A stretch of 64,000 bases of DNA, from NCBI GenBank assembly GCA_002269645.1, contig NIVC01000010.1:2325443-2389442 (forward strand), given 5' to 3'. Of the stretch, positions 24,935 through 38,863 are shown piece after piece. Each line of letters starts with the position of its first letter. Position 1 is the stretch's first letter. The notes beneath the pieces were generated by a model, which saw nothing but the letters and a program-made list of their open reading frames with translations, was not told the origin of the DNA and ran no database searches. The position numbers were made by a program, and so were the translations under genes. This stretch comes from Macrostomum lignano. Its lineage: Eukaryota.

Positions 24935-26975
24935 CTCTGCATTATAATAGATCTAGCGCTCTCTTTACATTAGATCTAGCACCCTCTCTAGATTATAATA
25001 GTTCTAGCGCCCTTCCCTACATCATATATTAGATCTATAGTGCTCTCTCTACATTATAATAGATCTAAAACGCCTTTACTACATTATTATAGATCTAAAA
25101 CGCCTTTACTACATTATAATAGATCTATAGCGCCCTTACCACATTATAATAGATCTATAGTGCTCTCCCTACATTATAATAGATCTATAGTGCTCTCCCT
25201 ACATTATAATAGATCTATAGTGCTCTCCCTATATTATAATAGATCTATAGTGCTCTCCCTACATTATAATAGATCTATAGTGCTCTCCCTACATTATAAT
25301 AGATCTATAGCGCTCTCCCTACATTATAATAGATCTATAGTGCTCTCCCTACATTATAATAGATCTATAGCGCTCTCCCTACATTATAATAGATCTATAG
25401 TGCTCTCCTTACATTATAATAGATCTATAGCGCTCTCCCTACATTATAATAGATCTAGTTCCCTACCTACATTATAATAGATCTATAGCGCTCTCCCTAC
25501 ATTATAATAGATCTATAGTGCTCTCCCTACATTATAATAGATCTATAGTGCTCTCCCTACATTATAATAGATCTATAGTGCTCTCCTTACATTATAATAG
25601 ATCTATAGTTCCCTCCCTACATAATAATAAATCTATAGCGCTCTCCCTACATTATAATAGATCTATAGCGCTCTCGCTACATTATAATAGATCTATAGCG
25701 CTCTCCCTACATTATAATAGATCTATAGCGCTCTCGCTACATTATAATAGATCTATAGTGCTCTCCCTACATTATAATAGATCTATAGCGCTCTCCCTAC
25801 ATTATAATAGATCTATAGCGCTCTCGCTACATTATAATAGATCTATAGCGCTCTCCCTACATTATAATAGATCTATAGCGCTCTCGCTACATTATAATAG
25901 ATCTATAGTGCTCTCCCTACATTATAATAGATCTATAGCGCTCTCCCTACATTATAATAGATCTATAGTGCTCTCCCTACATTATAATAGATCTATAGTG
26001 CTCTCCCTACATTATAATAGATCTATAGTGCTCTCCTTACATTATAATAGATCTATAGTTCCCTCCCTACATAATAATAAATCTATAGCGCTCTCCCTAC
26101 ATTATAATAGATCTATAGTGCTCTCCCTACATTATAATAGATCTATAGTGCTCTCCCTACATTATAATAGATCTATAGTGCCCTCCCTACATTATAATAG
26201 ATCTATAGTGCTCTCCCTACATTATAATAGATCTAGTTCCCTCCCTACATTATAATAGATCTAGTTCCCTCCCTACATTATAATAGATCTATAGCGCTCT
26301 CCCTACATTATAATAGATCTATAGTGCTCTCCTTACATTATAATAGATCTATAGTGCTCTCGCTACATTATAATAAATCTATAGTGCTCTCCCTACATTA
26401 TAATAGATCTCTAGTGCTCTCACTACATTATAATAGATCTCTAGTGCTCTCGCTACATTATAATAGATCTATAGTGCTCTCACTACGTTATAATAGATCT
26501 CTAGTGCTCTCGCTACATTATAATAGATCTATAGTGCTCTCCCTACATTATAATAGATCTATAGTGCTCTCCCTACATTATAATAGATCTATAGCGCTCT
26601 CCCTACATTATAATAGATCTATAGCGCTCTCCCTACATTATAATAGATCTATAGTTCTCTCCCTACATTATAATAGATCTATAGCGCTCTCCCTACATTA
26701 TAATAGATCTATAGCGCTCTCCCTACATTATAATAGATCTATAGCGCTCTCCCTACATTATAATAGATCTATAGTTCTCTCCCTACATTATAATAGATCT
26801 ATAGCGCTCTCCCTACATTATAATAGATCTATAGTGCTCTCCCTACATTATAATAGATCTATAGCGCTCTCGCTACATTATAATAGATCTATAGCGCTCT
26901 CGCTACATTATAATAGATCTATAGCGCTCTCGCTACATTATAATAGATCTAGTTCCCTCCCTACATTATAGTAGA
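24935..26975. repeat. 30-bp palindrome-rich minisatellite (CTACATTATAATAGATCTATAGCGCTCTCC)n
   Basis: Directly visible, roughly 65-70 units, inside the cassette C intron. Confidence 0.96.
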
Positions 26976-28310
26976 CCTAGCGCAATCCTCACACCTTTCA
27001 AACCAGATCAAGTGTCGCGCTCCGAGAACACCTACAACGAACTTAAATTAAAATTGAGCCAATATATATATAAGAACATCGAGTTGAACTTTCTAAATGC
27101 ACGTGATTCCGAATTAAGCCACAGCTAAAGTCAGTTCACAGCACAAAAACCTTGATGCCAAAAAGCTAACTGAAATTTTAGTTTACTATATCTGGACAGC
27201 ACAGCGTCATCCATTGAGCAACGCTAAATCCCTCTTTTTCAGTCCAAGCCTTTTAGCGTGCCACTCTAGTTGAAGTGCTTCGCTTAAACAATGCTTTTTA
27301 TTCTCATTTTTAACTGACGCGTCCCCAGTTGATTGTTTGTTCATCACTTCAACTCTGAATTCCACTCCGAAATTTCCACTGTTTCCTAATCGGATTTCTC
27401 CAAGAGTGACTGCTGAAGGGAGGGACAAAATAGACGGTTTGAGTAAATAATGGAAATTCGATGTAACAAAATGGGAAGATATCGGATGGGGAACTTTACT
27501 AGTTGTGCTTGATGAAGCGGGGTGGTTGATTTTGATACAGAGCTTCCCAACGACTTTCTTTTTTCAGGTAAACGCGTGTCAGTCACTTTGAAGACTTCCC
27601 TTTTCAATTTGCTTCACCTTCTCAAACCCTGACCTGCTTAAATTGTATGGCTTCTGAAAAAATATAGGGCTGCAAAAATTTCTAGCGAAACTGAACTAGA
27701 TATTAGCTACTTACAGTAGGCGGCTTGCAAAGTTTTTTATTAATTTGGAACTAACTAATATCGAGCGTACATTTATATATCAAGGAATACTCAAGTAGGA
27801 CGGGAAAGTACGTTTCTTATAAAATGTTTATGAGGCTGGTTTTGGCCGAAAACTGGTTATGAGTCTGCCTTCTATCGAAAGCAATAACAAATTTTTAAAT
27901 GAAAAAATGAAAACTTCCTAACTCCGTAGTGTATTTTTCGGCGAGAACCAGCTAGCCTCAACATTTTCTAAGAAAATTAGTATCCATTCCTACATTTACT
28001 TAAGTAGTCCTTGGTATATATACGAGTAAAAGGATGCTGTATTTCATTTGTGCGAGTGTGTTAAGAGTCGCAACCTTACCCCAAGTCATCTCTATAGTTC
28101 ATCTGCCCTCGTCTCTGCTTAATCTGCTTTCTTTCCCTTTCTGTCCAGTTCAGTCTTGTTATTTTTATCTCTCTCCCTCGCTGTCTTCTGATTGGCTATT
28201 CAATCTCGCCTCCTCGAGCTCTCTATGGCCAAAACTTTGTTAACCGTTTAGGGCTATTAACTGGTCGGGAATGTCAGAAGCTTGCTTTTTGTTTATAAAA
28301 ACACAAATAA

Positions 28311-28790
28311 TAGTCTATGGTAGACGGTATAGTCTATGGTAGACGGTATAGTCTATGGTAGACGGTAATAGTCTATGGTAGACGGTATAGTCTATGGAAG
28401 ACGGTAATAGTCTATGGTAGACGGTAATAGTCTATGGTAGACGGTATAGTCTATGGTAGACGGTATAGTCTATGGTAGACGGTATAGTCTATGGTAGACG
28501 GTATAGTCTATGGTAGACGGTAATAGTCTATGGTAGACGGTATAGTCTATGGTAGACGGTATAGTCTATGGTAGACGGTATAGTCTGGGGTAGACGGTAA
28601 TAGTCTATGGTAGACGGTATAGTCTAGGGTAGACGGTATAGTCTAGGGTAGACGGTAATAGTCTATGGTAGACGGTAATAGTCTATGGTAGACGGTATAG
28701 TCTATGGTAGACGGTAATAGTCTATGGTAGACGGCATAGTCTATGGTAGACGGCATAGTCTATGGTAGACGGTAATATATAGTCTATGGT
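28311..28790. repeat. 19/20-bp minisatellite (TAGTCTATGGTAGACGGTA)n
   Basis: Directly visible; each unit contains GTCTA-tgg-TAGAC. Confidence 0.95.
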
Positions 28791-29003
28791 CTATTGTCTA
28801 TATGGATATATACACGTATAAATTCTATAAATAGATATACATAAAAATCCAGTTGCCAGAAGCTTGCTTGGATTTAAAGCAATCTTTAACTCTTGATTTT
28901 TGGACAATCACTGTTTGCTTCTTCGATTTACTGTAAAATACTATTAAAATGTTTCTTTCCTACTGCAAGTAATAACAACTTTCTTTCGCAAAAAAAATTG
29001 CAG

Positions 29004-29347
29004 AGTAAAATGGAACAAAGCGGTGGTGAGCATCGGCTCAGTGGAATCTGTTTTTCGCGACACAACCAAAATTCAATACATCAACAATATTTTTGTTCGA
29101 GTGAGCTTCGATGGCGCGGAATTGATGGAATCTATTCTAAGAATGATATTTCTTAGAAATGGTTGGCAAAGGTTTTTCGGCTTGTTCAGTTTGAATTACG
29201 GCTACGCTAACGAAGGCTGCAACTTGCACATTATGGATTTGAATCGGATGCGCAAGGAGCTGGGCATTGAGGCCGAGTTCTTGAGCGTCAGCAGGCTTGA
29301 TCAGCTGCCGATGGCGTTTCGTAGAAAGATCGCTGCCCAGTACTCCG
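29004..29347 (+). CDS. Receptor guanylyl cyclase variable cassette C, exon 2
   Basis: Acceptor ttgcag|a is phase-compatible with 24804, giving FSGVKWNKAVVSIGS..FRD..FVRV..RNGWQRF..GC (NPR-like WN.pviS.G pattern). Donor tac tcc g|gtgagg (phase 1). Confidence 0.8.
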
Positions 29348-32300
29348 GTGAGGTGTCCGGATTTTATAGAGGCTATAATCATGCAATTGAATGAAGTATT
29401 CCTATGTGGGGCACTTTAGTTTTATAAATTAAATTAATATAATAATTATTATTATAAATAACATAAAAACTATTATATATATTACACTAGTACATTAATA
29501 AAAGTTTTTATTAATGTTATTTCTGATTAGCTCGTAAATCTAACCATTAAATCAAAAAAAGAAGTTTCCAGCATTTTTCCGGATTTATATCATCTAGACA
29601 AAAATAAAGATGTTTCGACTGAGAAATATGAATTAATATGGGAAAATATCGATTTTTACCTTGATACGATCTATATAGTAATTCTAGTTAATAATAAACG
29701 ACATAGTTTTTATTCTTTTTACTAGAATCCCTGTTACTTCAGTAGTATAGTAGAAATCTATTCGCAAAATACGCTTTCCATTAAGAAGTTAACCCTCTGA
29801 TTACAGTTAACTCAAACAGAAAACGAATCGATTTAGGAAAATGGAGCACCAGTTGTGTACTCAAGCCTTTGCCTAATTGAACAATCACGTTTCTAAGTTT
29901 CTGTAAACTAGCAGGGGCGCGTAGTACTTGGTTGAATCGGACGCAAATTAGAGCCGAAAACTTAATCAAGCGGAGATAAAAAACATATAAACCTTAGCAG
30001 GTGTTCCTCCTTAGTTTGCCTAATGAGCTGTCTAAATGAGTGCGCAGCTGGACGCGAAAGTCATTGGAGTAGGCGGTGTGTCCTTAGTTTGTTTGCACGT
30101 TTGAGATGTCCGACAATTATTCCGCTCTGAGGATGTTTTGTATTACTAGTTTCAAGTTGATAAGCTCTTTATTGACTGCTTGATTATCCACTCAATTTTG
30201 AACAGAATAGACTTGGAGTAACTTTCCATAACAAATTACCTAAGGCTCGTTCACAACGCTATCTCAAATAAGGCTAGATTTCGTGTGATCACACATCTTG
30301 TACATCAAAGATTCCTTTGTACATCGGTTTGGTGTCTGGCTCATTTGATCGCAGTGTGAATCAGCTTTTCGTCCACTCGTCTGCACTTCTACCCCCCTCT
30401 GCCTCTGTCTGTACATCATGTGGATGTGGCTAAACTTATTTTCTCTTGTCTAGGCTTTGCCTTACTCTGATTGGCTGTCATGACATCTTTCCATCAATTC
30501 TCTCTTCCAGTCTTCAACATTCTGACTCAGCCTAAAAGCAACCCTAGAAATAAATAATTTGCATAATTTTCGAGCCTTCCTATTTTGGCTGTTTAGACAG
30601 ATTTCCAACGCCCCGATACACGCAAGCGAGGGAAAGTCTTGAGAGACTCGAGAGAAAAACACAGGCTGCTCGACTCTCGAGCCTGGAAAGTCTTCAAGCT
30701 GTCAATAAAACTGATCGAAGCCGTCGAGTTCAGTCTCCGCCCTCAGCATCCTCCGTCTTCGCTTCCGCTCTCTGAGCTCCTCTGCAGCTGACTCTCTTCA
30801 TTCTTTTCTCCACACGGCAGTCAGTTGAAGGCGTGGACTTCTAGATACACCATCTGGACTGATATCCCCTGAATAATAGTCAATACAATCGTAGATAATG
30901 ACAGATATTTTAGATTCACCCCGATAAATATCTATTTTTAAAACCGCCTTTGTTACTGAGTATAATTTAGGGAATGTACAGTTAAAAAACGTTCACTTCA
31001 ACTCTGATAGGGATAGCTTCCAGTCCAGAGAGCTAGATTGTAGATCTGTAGAAGTCCTTGACTCCAGATAGAGAATGAAACTCACCCAGACTGCCTTGTG
31101 TGTGAGAGAGTGAGGCTCAACGCCAGCTGCCTACACAAGTGTGAGATGAGATGCAGAGGTCCCGTGAAACTATTTGAAGCCTGTGGCGTCAGGCTGTCTG
31201 CTTTTGTCCACATCTGCTTGCAAGTGCCAGTCAGTCAGTCCGTCAGGCTGTCAGTCTGTTTATTGTCACATTCGATGCTATCTCAGCTGCATTCATTCGC
31301 CTGCGGATTATCTAAAAGAGCAACTTGAATCTTGCAAGTTCGCATTAAGATTCTGGCCCGTACGTGGCTTATGAACTGTTCTTTGTCTTTTTGACGCAAA
31401 AATCTTTCTTAGATTTGTTTATTCTTAATGGATTTTTAAATCGCACTGACTCCTCAAAATATGGTTCGTTTGCGTCATACTTTGAGAATATATTAGAATA
31501 TATATACTCCTTATATAGGCCTCTAGGGAACTGAAGATCGGAGGATTTGATATTCTCATATTTCATGATAGGTCTGCCGCTTTTATTGACAATTCTCTTA
31601 TCTTCAACTGGAATCATAAAAAAATATTCATATATATTTGTGCTTGCCATAGCTGCTTATTCTATACCATAAAGTACTGGCATATGTATATTCTGCAGAG
31701 GAAATCCATATAGGTAGTTTTAGATCTACTCAAAATATCGGCTGAGGTAATGTCCCAGATGTTTTACTTTACACTTCTCAAATCAGCCCAGAAGGATTTA
31801 TAAAGCTCAGCTTTGTGTGGTTTTCAATAGTCTGTGTGGTTTTCAATAGCTCGTAGATTTCCTATCCTTTTTAAAAGCGTATCATCACATTAGTATAAGC
31901 ATGCACAACCCTTGTCGCATGGGAAAGCCGCGGAATTTCCACGGGCCCCAATCGAGATCGTCTGTACGAGTACACCGGGGGGGGGGCTTGCTGAAAACTC
32001 CACGAGTCGGTATAAAACTTTTGACACGTTTTCTGCTTCCAAAAGATACGTACATAGATTGCATTGACAACGTGCAGCTACGGAATGAAAGCGTCCTGAC
32101 GTCCCTGACTTGCGCCTATTAGTATTCGCTCGTCAGGGGATATCAGTCCATTAGTTCGTACATGAAATAGCCTAGGTACAATACAGCTTGCTGTGTGACA
32201 TTACTACGACAGTATACGTACTATTTGTTGCACGTTGTTGGATTATTTATCACTTACGGGGTCTAAAAAGGTTTTTTTCCAAGATTCACCTCTGTCCCCA

Positions 32301-32528
32301 TTTTCCCTTCCTTCTAACCGATACAGCAGCAGCTGCTGCAGCAGCGGCCAATCAGATTCTTCCATAGCTGTCTAGCTGGGATCTTTCCAATCGTCACTCG
32401 CCATTTAATATATGAAGGCCCACTCGCCACCTTAGCCTACTTTCTTTGCGCTGCTCAGTAGACGGTATCCCCCCTTTAGTCAGGTTATCGAAGACTACTG
32501 ACAGACGATTTAGTAGGAAAAAGTCACA

Positions 32529-32829
32529 ATGACGTCGAAAATTTCGTTGCTAATCATATTTCTGGCTGCTGTTGAATTAAGCCAGGCCCAAGCGGATGGC
32601 AAAAAGACACTTAAAATAGCCATCTTTCTGCCCGCACAACTGCACGGAGTGTCCGGAATCAGTTTGGAAGCTGTTCAACCTGTTGTCGACGTGGCTTTGA
32701 AGTCGTCCGGCTTAGATGAAATGTTGCCTGGTGTGCAAATTCAAATTATTTCTAACGACAGTCAGTGCGACTATCGGTACGCGCCCGTGATTGGACTGCT
32801 CCTACTCAAAGATATCGATCTGTTGCTAG
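32529..32829 (+). CDS. Receptor guanylyl cyclase cassette D, exon 1 (signal peptide and ANF-receptor domain start)
   Basis: MTSKISLLIIFLAAVELSQA signal peptide; LKIAIFLP..VQPVVDVAL..NDSQCD..DLLL. Donor cta g|gtgagt (phase 1). Confidence 0.85.
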
Positions 32830-33422
32830 GTGAGTACACGAGGCGTATTGATTTTATGTCTGGCTTTTATGCTGCTAGCTGTTGCTTTGGATGGACTTGT
32901 GTTCCACTGGCATATACTCGTACTCAATGGGTCTACTACTTTTGCCAGCCGAAATATGCCAGCGGGACGTTTGCCAGCTCAGTTTTGGTTACATTGGTTG
33001 CTTTGGCACCTGTTACTAAAACCTACCTAAAATCAAGAAGACGAATTGCGCTCTAGTGAGCAGTAGTTTCTTAGTAACCTGTATATTTAGTAGCAGTAGT
33101 AGGGAGCGAGGTGGCATTAGATTGTTGCTATGCCCGCAGTTTTCAAATGCAAGTACATTTAAGCCTAGAGAGGGCATAGTTGTTTAACCAATTACCGCCT
33201 GCAAACGTCCCGCTGGGCAAACGTCGGCTGGCAAACGTCCCGCTGGCAAACGTCGACTGGCAAACGTCGCTATCCCGTACTCAATTGACTTAGTGTACCT
33301 TTCTGCCCAACATAAGGGCGTCAAGTTATTTCCTATCTACGAAACGCTTCTACCGTTCTGACGTCATTTTGTCATGGTGGTTGGCATCGTACAGTACTTT
33401 CAACAATTATTTTAAATTCCAG

Positions 33423-33845
33423 GTCCATTCTGCACGTTCTGTCTCGCGGCGGTGGCTCGCTACAACCGGTACTACCTGTATCAAAAACCAATTATCACCT
33501 CTGGCGCAGCGGCTAACCTAGAAGACAAAGAGGAATATTATAACTTGATTCGAGTTGGTCCTATGAACTTCGACATTGAGAACATGCTGCTAGCCATTTT
33601 TCAGCGATACAACTGGTTGCCAAGGCAGCAGCAGAATCTATTAATAATCTACGTGCCGGATGATGAGACTCAACTTCACAAGCAGAGAGACGAGACGAGA
33701 GTGACGTTCAGCAGGCTGTTGCGCACTACGATTGAGAACCGGTTCAGCCACCAGCACAGATACATACTGAGAGTCAAGCCCTACAGTGCCACCAATAAGC
33801 ACTTTCAAAGCGAAGTATTTCGCTGCATGAGAGAGGAAGTTAGGC
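33423..33845 (+). CDS. Receptor guanylyl cyclase cassette D, exon 2
   Basis: Acceptor ttccag|gt gives GPFC..AAVARY..PIITSGA..LIRVGP..RYNW. Best phase-1 donor is agg c|gtaggt, which with 37401 yields the canonical R-L-V-V-L-C motif. Confidence 0.82.
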
Positions 33846-33986
33846 GTAGGTCAATGTCCCTTTTTTATTTGGAGCTTTCATAACGTCTTTCCGATGTGGT
33901 GGCTTTTCAATGAGCTTAGGGCACGGCGACGAACAATACTCTTCCTGGGGCCGACTTTTCACCCTTAAGTACACCCATCAGACTAT

Positions 33987-35825
33987 GACTTGACTTAGAC
34001 TTAGCTGCAGGGCTGTCCCGGAGGGGACACAGCGGGAAGGCGCGGGCGCCCATTCCGCTAGTCCCTGAACGGCCGACGCGTCGCTATGGACGGAGGGTTG
34101 GCGCCGCCCAGGGAGGTCCCCCAGTGTCGCCAGCAGCTATGGTGCTCTCTGGAAAGGAGAGTTCAGCCCTGCGGGTGGCCCGAAGGTAGCGCATGAGCTG
34201 ATTAAAGTTTTCGGGTTTGCACGCTTCAGTAATAGATGTGTGTGGCCCGAGGTAAGTGAGTCTGGCCCGCGTGAAGGCGGGACAGATGCTGACGAAATGC
34301 TCAGCGGTTTCGTCACCTGAGTTGCAGAAACTACAGGTGGCGTTGGTGGCGTTGCCCTGCAGGTACTGGTGCCTGGAGAAGCAGCCGTGACCAGAGAGGG
34401 TCATGGTGGCAGCCCGGATGTCTCTGCGCGAGAGGCGCAAGAGGAGCTTCCGGAGCTGGTGAGAGGGCTGAGGGACAGCGCCTCTGGATTGCCTGCAGTT
34501 CGTGCGGTTCGCCCAAGTCGAGCGGTGCTGAGTCCTGATCCACGCTTTGATGCGCGAGTCGATGACACAGCCAGGAATCGGGACAAGAGGTTCGGGGCCG
34601 AGAGAGGAGCCGGAGGCACCAACTTTTGCAAGGGTGTCAGCCAACTCATTTCCTCGGATCCCCACATGCCCCGGAACCCACTTAAGGGTAATTTTGTTGG
34701 CGGAACCCAACACATTGAGGAGTTTGATACAGTCAAGGACTGTAGCAGAGTTGGTGCTGCAGCCACTGATGGCGTGCAAGGCAGCTTGGCTGTCCGAATG
34801 GAAAATGATGTTCTTACCAGTAACGCCAGTGGCGAGAAGCTCTGCAGTGCAGGAGCTGATGGCCAGAACTTCATTTTGGAAAACACTGGAGTTGACCCCA
34901 GTGTATTGAGCGTGGGTAGCGATGACCCTCCCGTTCAGAAAGATTCCAACACCAAAGCCGGTGTTGGCTGACTGCTTAGAACCGTCGGTGTAGCAATGAA
35001 GCTCACCAGGGTTCCAATGGTCATTGATGTTATCGCGCGAGTCGATAGCTACGGAGTAGCGCTGTCTCAGGTTGAGCGTTGAGGCAATGCCATCGGTGAA
35101 GACGCGATTGGCCTGACACTCGTTGAGAAAGTTGAGGCACAGATCGCTATGCGGGACAAGGTTCCGCTTAGCAGGTGCTCTCATGTAAATGAATTTGACG
35201 CCGGCATCAATTAGACGCCGCGTCGTTCTAGCCGCCTCACCCCTGATGAAGAGGTCAAGAGGCGGAAGATTAAGAAAGGCCCCCATGCCAGCAAAGGGCG
35301 TGGACCTGGTGGCGTTGCAGATGAGCCTACACGCTCTGCCTTGGATCGTGTTGAGCAGGTCTGCATGGCTTTTGACCTGGGTAGCGCTAACCCAGACAAC
35401 AGAGGCGTACGTAATGGCAGGTCTAACTACGGAAGTATAGATCCACCAAAGCCGCTTTGGGGATAGACCCCAAGAAGTGCCAAGTGCTCGTCGGAGCTGG
35501 GCCAGGATGGCTGAGGCACGCTTAGCTTTTGCTTTCACGTGGAAGGACCAGTTGAGCCGGTGGTCAAGTGTGACCCCGAGACATCTGGTCTGGTGCGCGA
35601 AGGCAATATCTCTGCCGTAGAGCTGCAGAGGACGTATGTTCCAGCGTAGTCTGCTGGTAAACATAATGGCAACGGTTTTGGGCTCAGAGAGTTCCAAACC
35701 ATTGTCATTGGCCCAGGATTCTGCTTTGCGGATAAAGCTCTGCATCAGATCCCTGAGCGTGCTGGGAGACGGTCCTGCCACAATGGCCGTGACGTCATCA
35801 GCATACCCGACTTTGAAGACGGGGT
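33987..35825 (-). mobile_element. 5'-truncated non-LTR retrotransposon (RT C-terminal half, RNase H, C-terminal Cys/His motif; LOA/Lian-like)
   Basis: GYADD just upstream of ORF 34084-35781; WGLSPK..WIYT.VVRP.ITYAS; RNase H YTDGS, E, SDSQAAL, WVPGH..GNELAD; CSFC..ETAEHF..C. Exact 13-bp TSD CCCATCAGACTAT at 33974-33986 and 35826-35838; short AAGTC-repeat tail. Confidence 0.93.
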
Positions 35826-36029
35826 CCCATCAGACTATAGTTACTGAGACTATAGCACCAGCTTATAGCTCTACCCACCAGAGTCTCCGTTGAGTTCAAG
35901 GCTTGCAAACTACGAGGAACGCACTTCTCTCTATTCTTCTCAATACTTCGATCTGATCTCACTTTCTTTTATAGAATGAGTCTATAGTCTCAAGTGACCT
36001 CTAAAATATGGCTAAGATCGTGAGTATAT

Positions 36030-36695
36030 TCTCTCCTCTCCTCTCCTCTCCTCTCCTCTCCTCTCCTCTCCTCTCCTCTCCTCTCCTCTCCTCTCCTCTC
36101 CTCTCCTTTCCTCTCCTCTCCTATCCTTTCCTCTCCTCTCCTCTCCTCTCCTCTCCTCTCCTCTCCTCTCTCTCCTCTCCTCTCCTCTCCTCTCCTCTCC
36201 TCTCCTCTCCTCTCCTCTCCTCTCTCTCCTCTCCTCTCCTCTCCTCTCCTCTCCTCTCCTCTCCTCTCCTTTCCTCTCCTCTCCTCTCCTCTCCTCTCCT
36301 CTCCTCTCCTCTCCTCTCCTCTCCTCTCCTCTCCTCTCCTCTCCTCTCCTCTCCTCTCCTCTCCTCTCCTCTCCTCTCCTCTCCTCTCCTCTCCTCTCCT
36401 CTCCTCTCCTCTCCTCTCCTCTCCTCTCCTCTCCTCTCCTCTCCTCTCCTCTCCTCTCCTCTCCTCTCCTCTCCTCTCCTCTCCTCTCCTCTCCTCTCCT
36501 CTCCTCTCCTCTCCTCTCCTCTCCTCTCCTCTCCTCTCCTCTCCTCTCCTCTCCTCTCCTCTCCTCTCCTCTCCTCTCCTCTCCTCTCCTCTCCTCTCCT
36601 CTCCTCTCCTCTCCTCTCCTCTCCTCTCCTCTCCTCTCCTCTCCTCTCCTCTCCTCTCCTCTCCTCTCCTCTCCTCTCCTCTCCTCTCCTCTCCT
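36030..36695. repeat. (CTCCT)n microsatellite
   Basis: Directly visible polypyrimidine array. Confidence 0.98.
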
Positions 36696-37400
36696 GCTAG
36701 AATGATAATGCCATTACTCTGTCACCCCGAGTTGGACATGACATTTTGGGCCTTTCGAATTCATTCAATGAGTGCTAAGGGGGGCAGCTTTCTCTCCGTC
36801 AGTAACGAGCCTTAAGGCAAAAGTTCCCATTAGATGTGATTTTCTGATCCCAAAAAATCTTTCGCTAAAAATTGAAAAGCAGGAAATCTGACATCCCTTC
36901 GTGGCGTAGTGTCACTTCCGATCTTGCTCTATTTTCAATTTGCCTCGTCGCCAAAAGAGGCGACCAACACTGATATGATTTGTTTATCGGCGCCTCCTCT
37001 CCCCTCCTCTCCAAAAGTGAATCGCAAAAGTGATTTAAATAATTTATCTACATCTAGAAATCATCTTTCCTATCCTAATCAGAAGTAGAATTTTTAGCCT
37101 TTTTTTTACATTTTGATAATTAATTGGCAATCAAATTTAAAAAAAACTCTGTCGCATGCAAATCCTCAGGAAAATCGAACCCCTTCGCTTTTCATGAATT
37201 TTAATTGCATTTTATTGTAAATCGCACAATGCCACCCCAACGACACGGTCAGTGCACTCACGAGGGTGGGGATTGAGGCTGAATCCTCATATAGTAGAAC
37301 TAAGGATTAAGAGGCATTTCTTCAACCCTACTGGATTAGCATTGATTAGAACAAATTTTATTGCCTATAAACACTGATTTTTCTATCCTTTTTATTTCAG

Positions 37401-37512
37401 TTGTCGTACTCTGCGCCGACCCGGACACTGTCCGAGAGATCATGATCAAGGCTCACGAGCTGGGCTTCATCAACGGGGAGTACGTCTTCTTCAATATTGA
37501 CCTGTTCAGCAG
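37401..37512 (+). CDS. Receptor guanylyl cyclase, first constant exon
   Basis: tttatttcag|tt gtc gta ctc tgc gives VVLCADPDTVREIMIKAHELGFINGEYVFFNIDLFS, a strongly NPR-like motif. Donor ag|gtgaga (phase 2). Confidence 0.9.
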
Positions 37513-38863
37513 GTGAGAAAAGTGACAAGACTAAATGGAATTCTTTAATCATCAGCGTCTTAATCAACCATGCGAGTCTCCTTGAAATCACTGATCCCTT
37601 CATCTCAGCAGTTCACTTTTTTAGTGATCTCATTAACGGGTGCGCATTCGAGTATATAGCTGTACATTCTTTATAATCAATCTTTACTGAAGTAAAAAGC
37701 TGGAGTAGAAAAAGTACTGGATTCGTGATAGCAGACGTTTTAAAACCAACCATAGCAATAACAGCCTCCCCATTTGATACTATAAACGAGCTACTCATCA
37801 CGGAATTGGGCCTCATTTGTGCAGCGCGACCTCCCCGATGCATAAAAAAAGTAAATTCTACTCTCGCGCATCCCAGAGCTTTCACTGCAGTCTCTCTGAT
37901 TTCTGAGGATTTTGCCACGCCCCTTGTACAGAGCTGAGCTTTCAGTAGGGAGGCCTGTAGCTCTACCAAGGACCTCAATAATAGTAGGTGGAAAATGTCG
38001 TCCCAATTTGCGACTTGACTCCTTGATGAGTGGGCGTACCCATCGAATACTCTCGAGTAACTAGTTGCTACTGGCTGCTTGATTGAGCAATAAATTTCAG
38101 GAAAAGTGAAATGCCCTCAATGAGAGCGATTAGTGAGCAAAAGTAAGCTGCAAAATGAGGCCTCCAAAGATCTCTTAAAGTTGGACTGCAAAAGCTTCAT
38201 TACAGTGAGTTGCCCAATTTTTTTTCACGCGATCTGCACACTTCAATCCTGTATCATTTATCAAGTTGGCCAACCAGAGGTTAGCATTAAATTTCATAAT
38301 AGTAAAAGTACAAAATACGAGCAGCATATTAAGGTAGAATTTCTATACCTTTTCTACGTTCGAATAGTATTTTAAATGGAAAGACAGTTGCATACTTCAA
38401 ATTGGCAGTTGGTACTTAAGGCCTGTCGCATGTTCAAATGGAGCTCTATGATGGAGTTCTGCACGAAAAAGTGAGGAAAGTGGCAGGTGATAATCTTTTA
38501 TGGCAATGTCAATAGCCTATCGATCCTTTTTCCCATTACGTCAAAGGCCACGAGGCTACGGGCTCACTTTTACCTGATTTTTTTATTGAAACTTTCGGCG
38601 GAAAAATGCCTGCGTTGCGGGAGAATAAGACTTGTAACTGGTGCCTACAAAAGGATTAAGGATTTAGACTGGGCTAAATGGCCACTTTACAGTGCCGATG
38701 GAGGTTTAAATGGAGAAAGCGAATTGAATCTTTCCAAAAAAGTTAAAAACTGATTTTTTTCCAAAGACTCCCGAAAGCCGTTTCATTGTCAAATTTAGAA
38801 TCTTCAATGCTTGTTACAAAACATCGAGTTGCTTGATGTCCAAAACATTAATTTGGAACGGCT

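Noticed and set aside
30243-30366. Small Harbinger-like MITE (aaggctcgttcaca ... tgtgaatcagctt)
   Set aside because: The inverted match is short and gapped, with no TSD.
34369-34971. 200-aa + strand ORF and other overlapping ORFs within the LINE or the channel exons (e.g. 5033-5518)
   Set aside because: Antisense or alternative-frame shadows of GC-rich coding sequence; no recognisable motifs.
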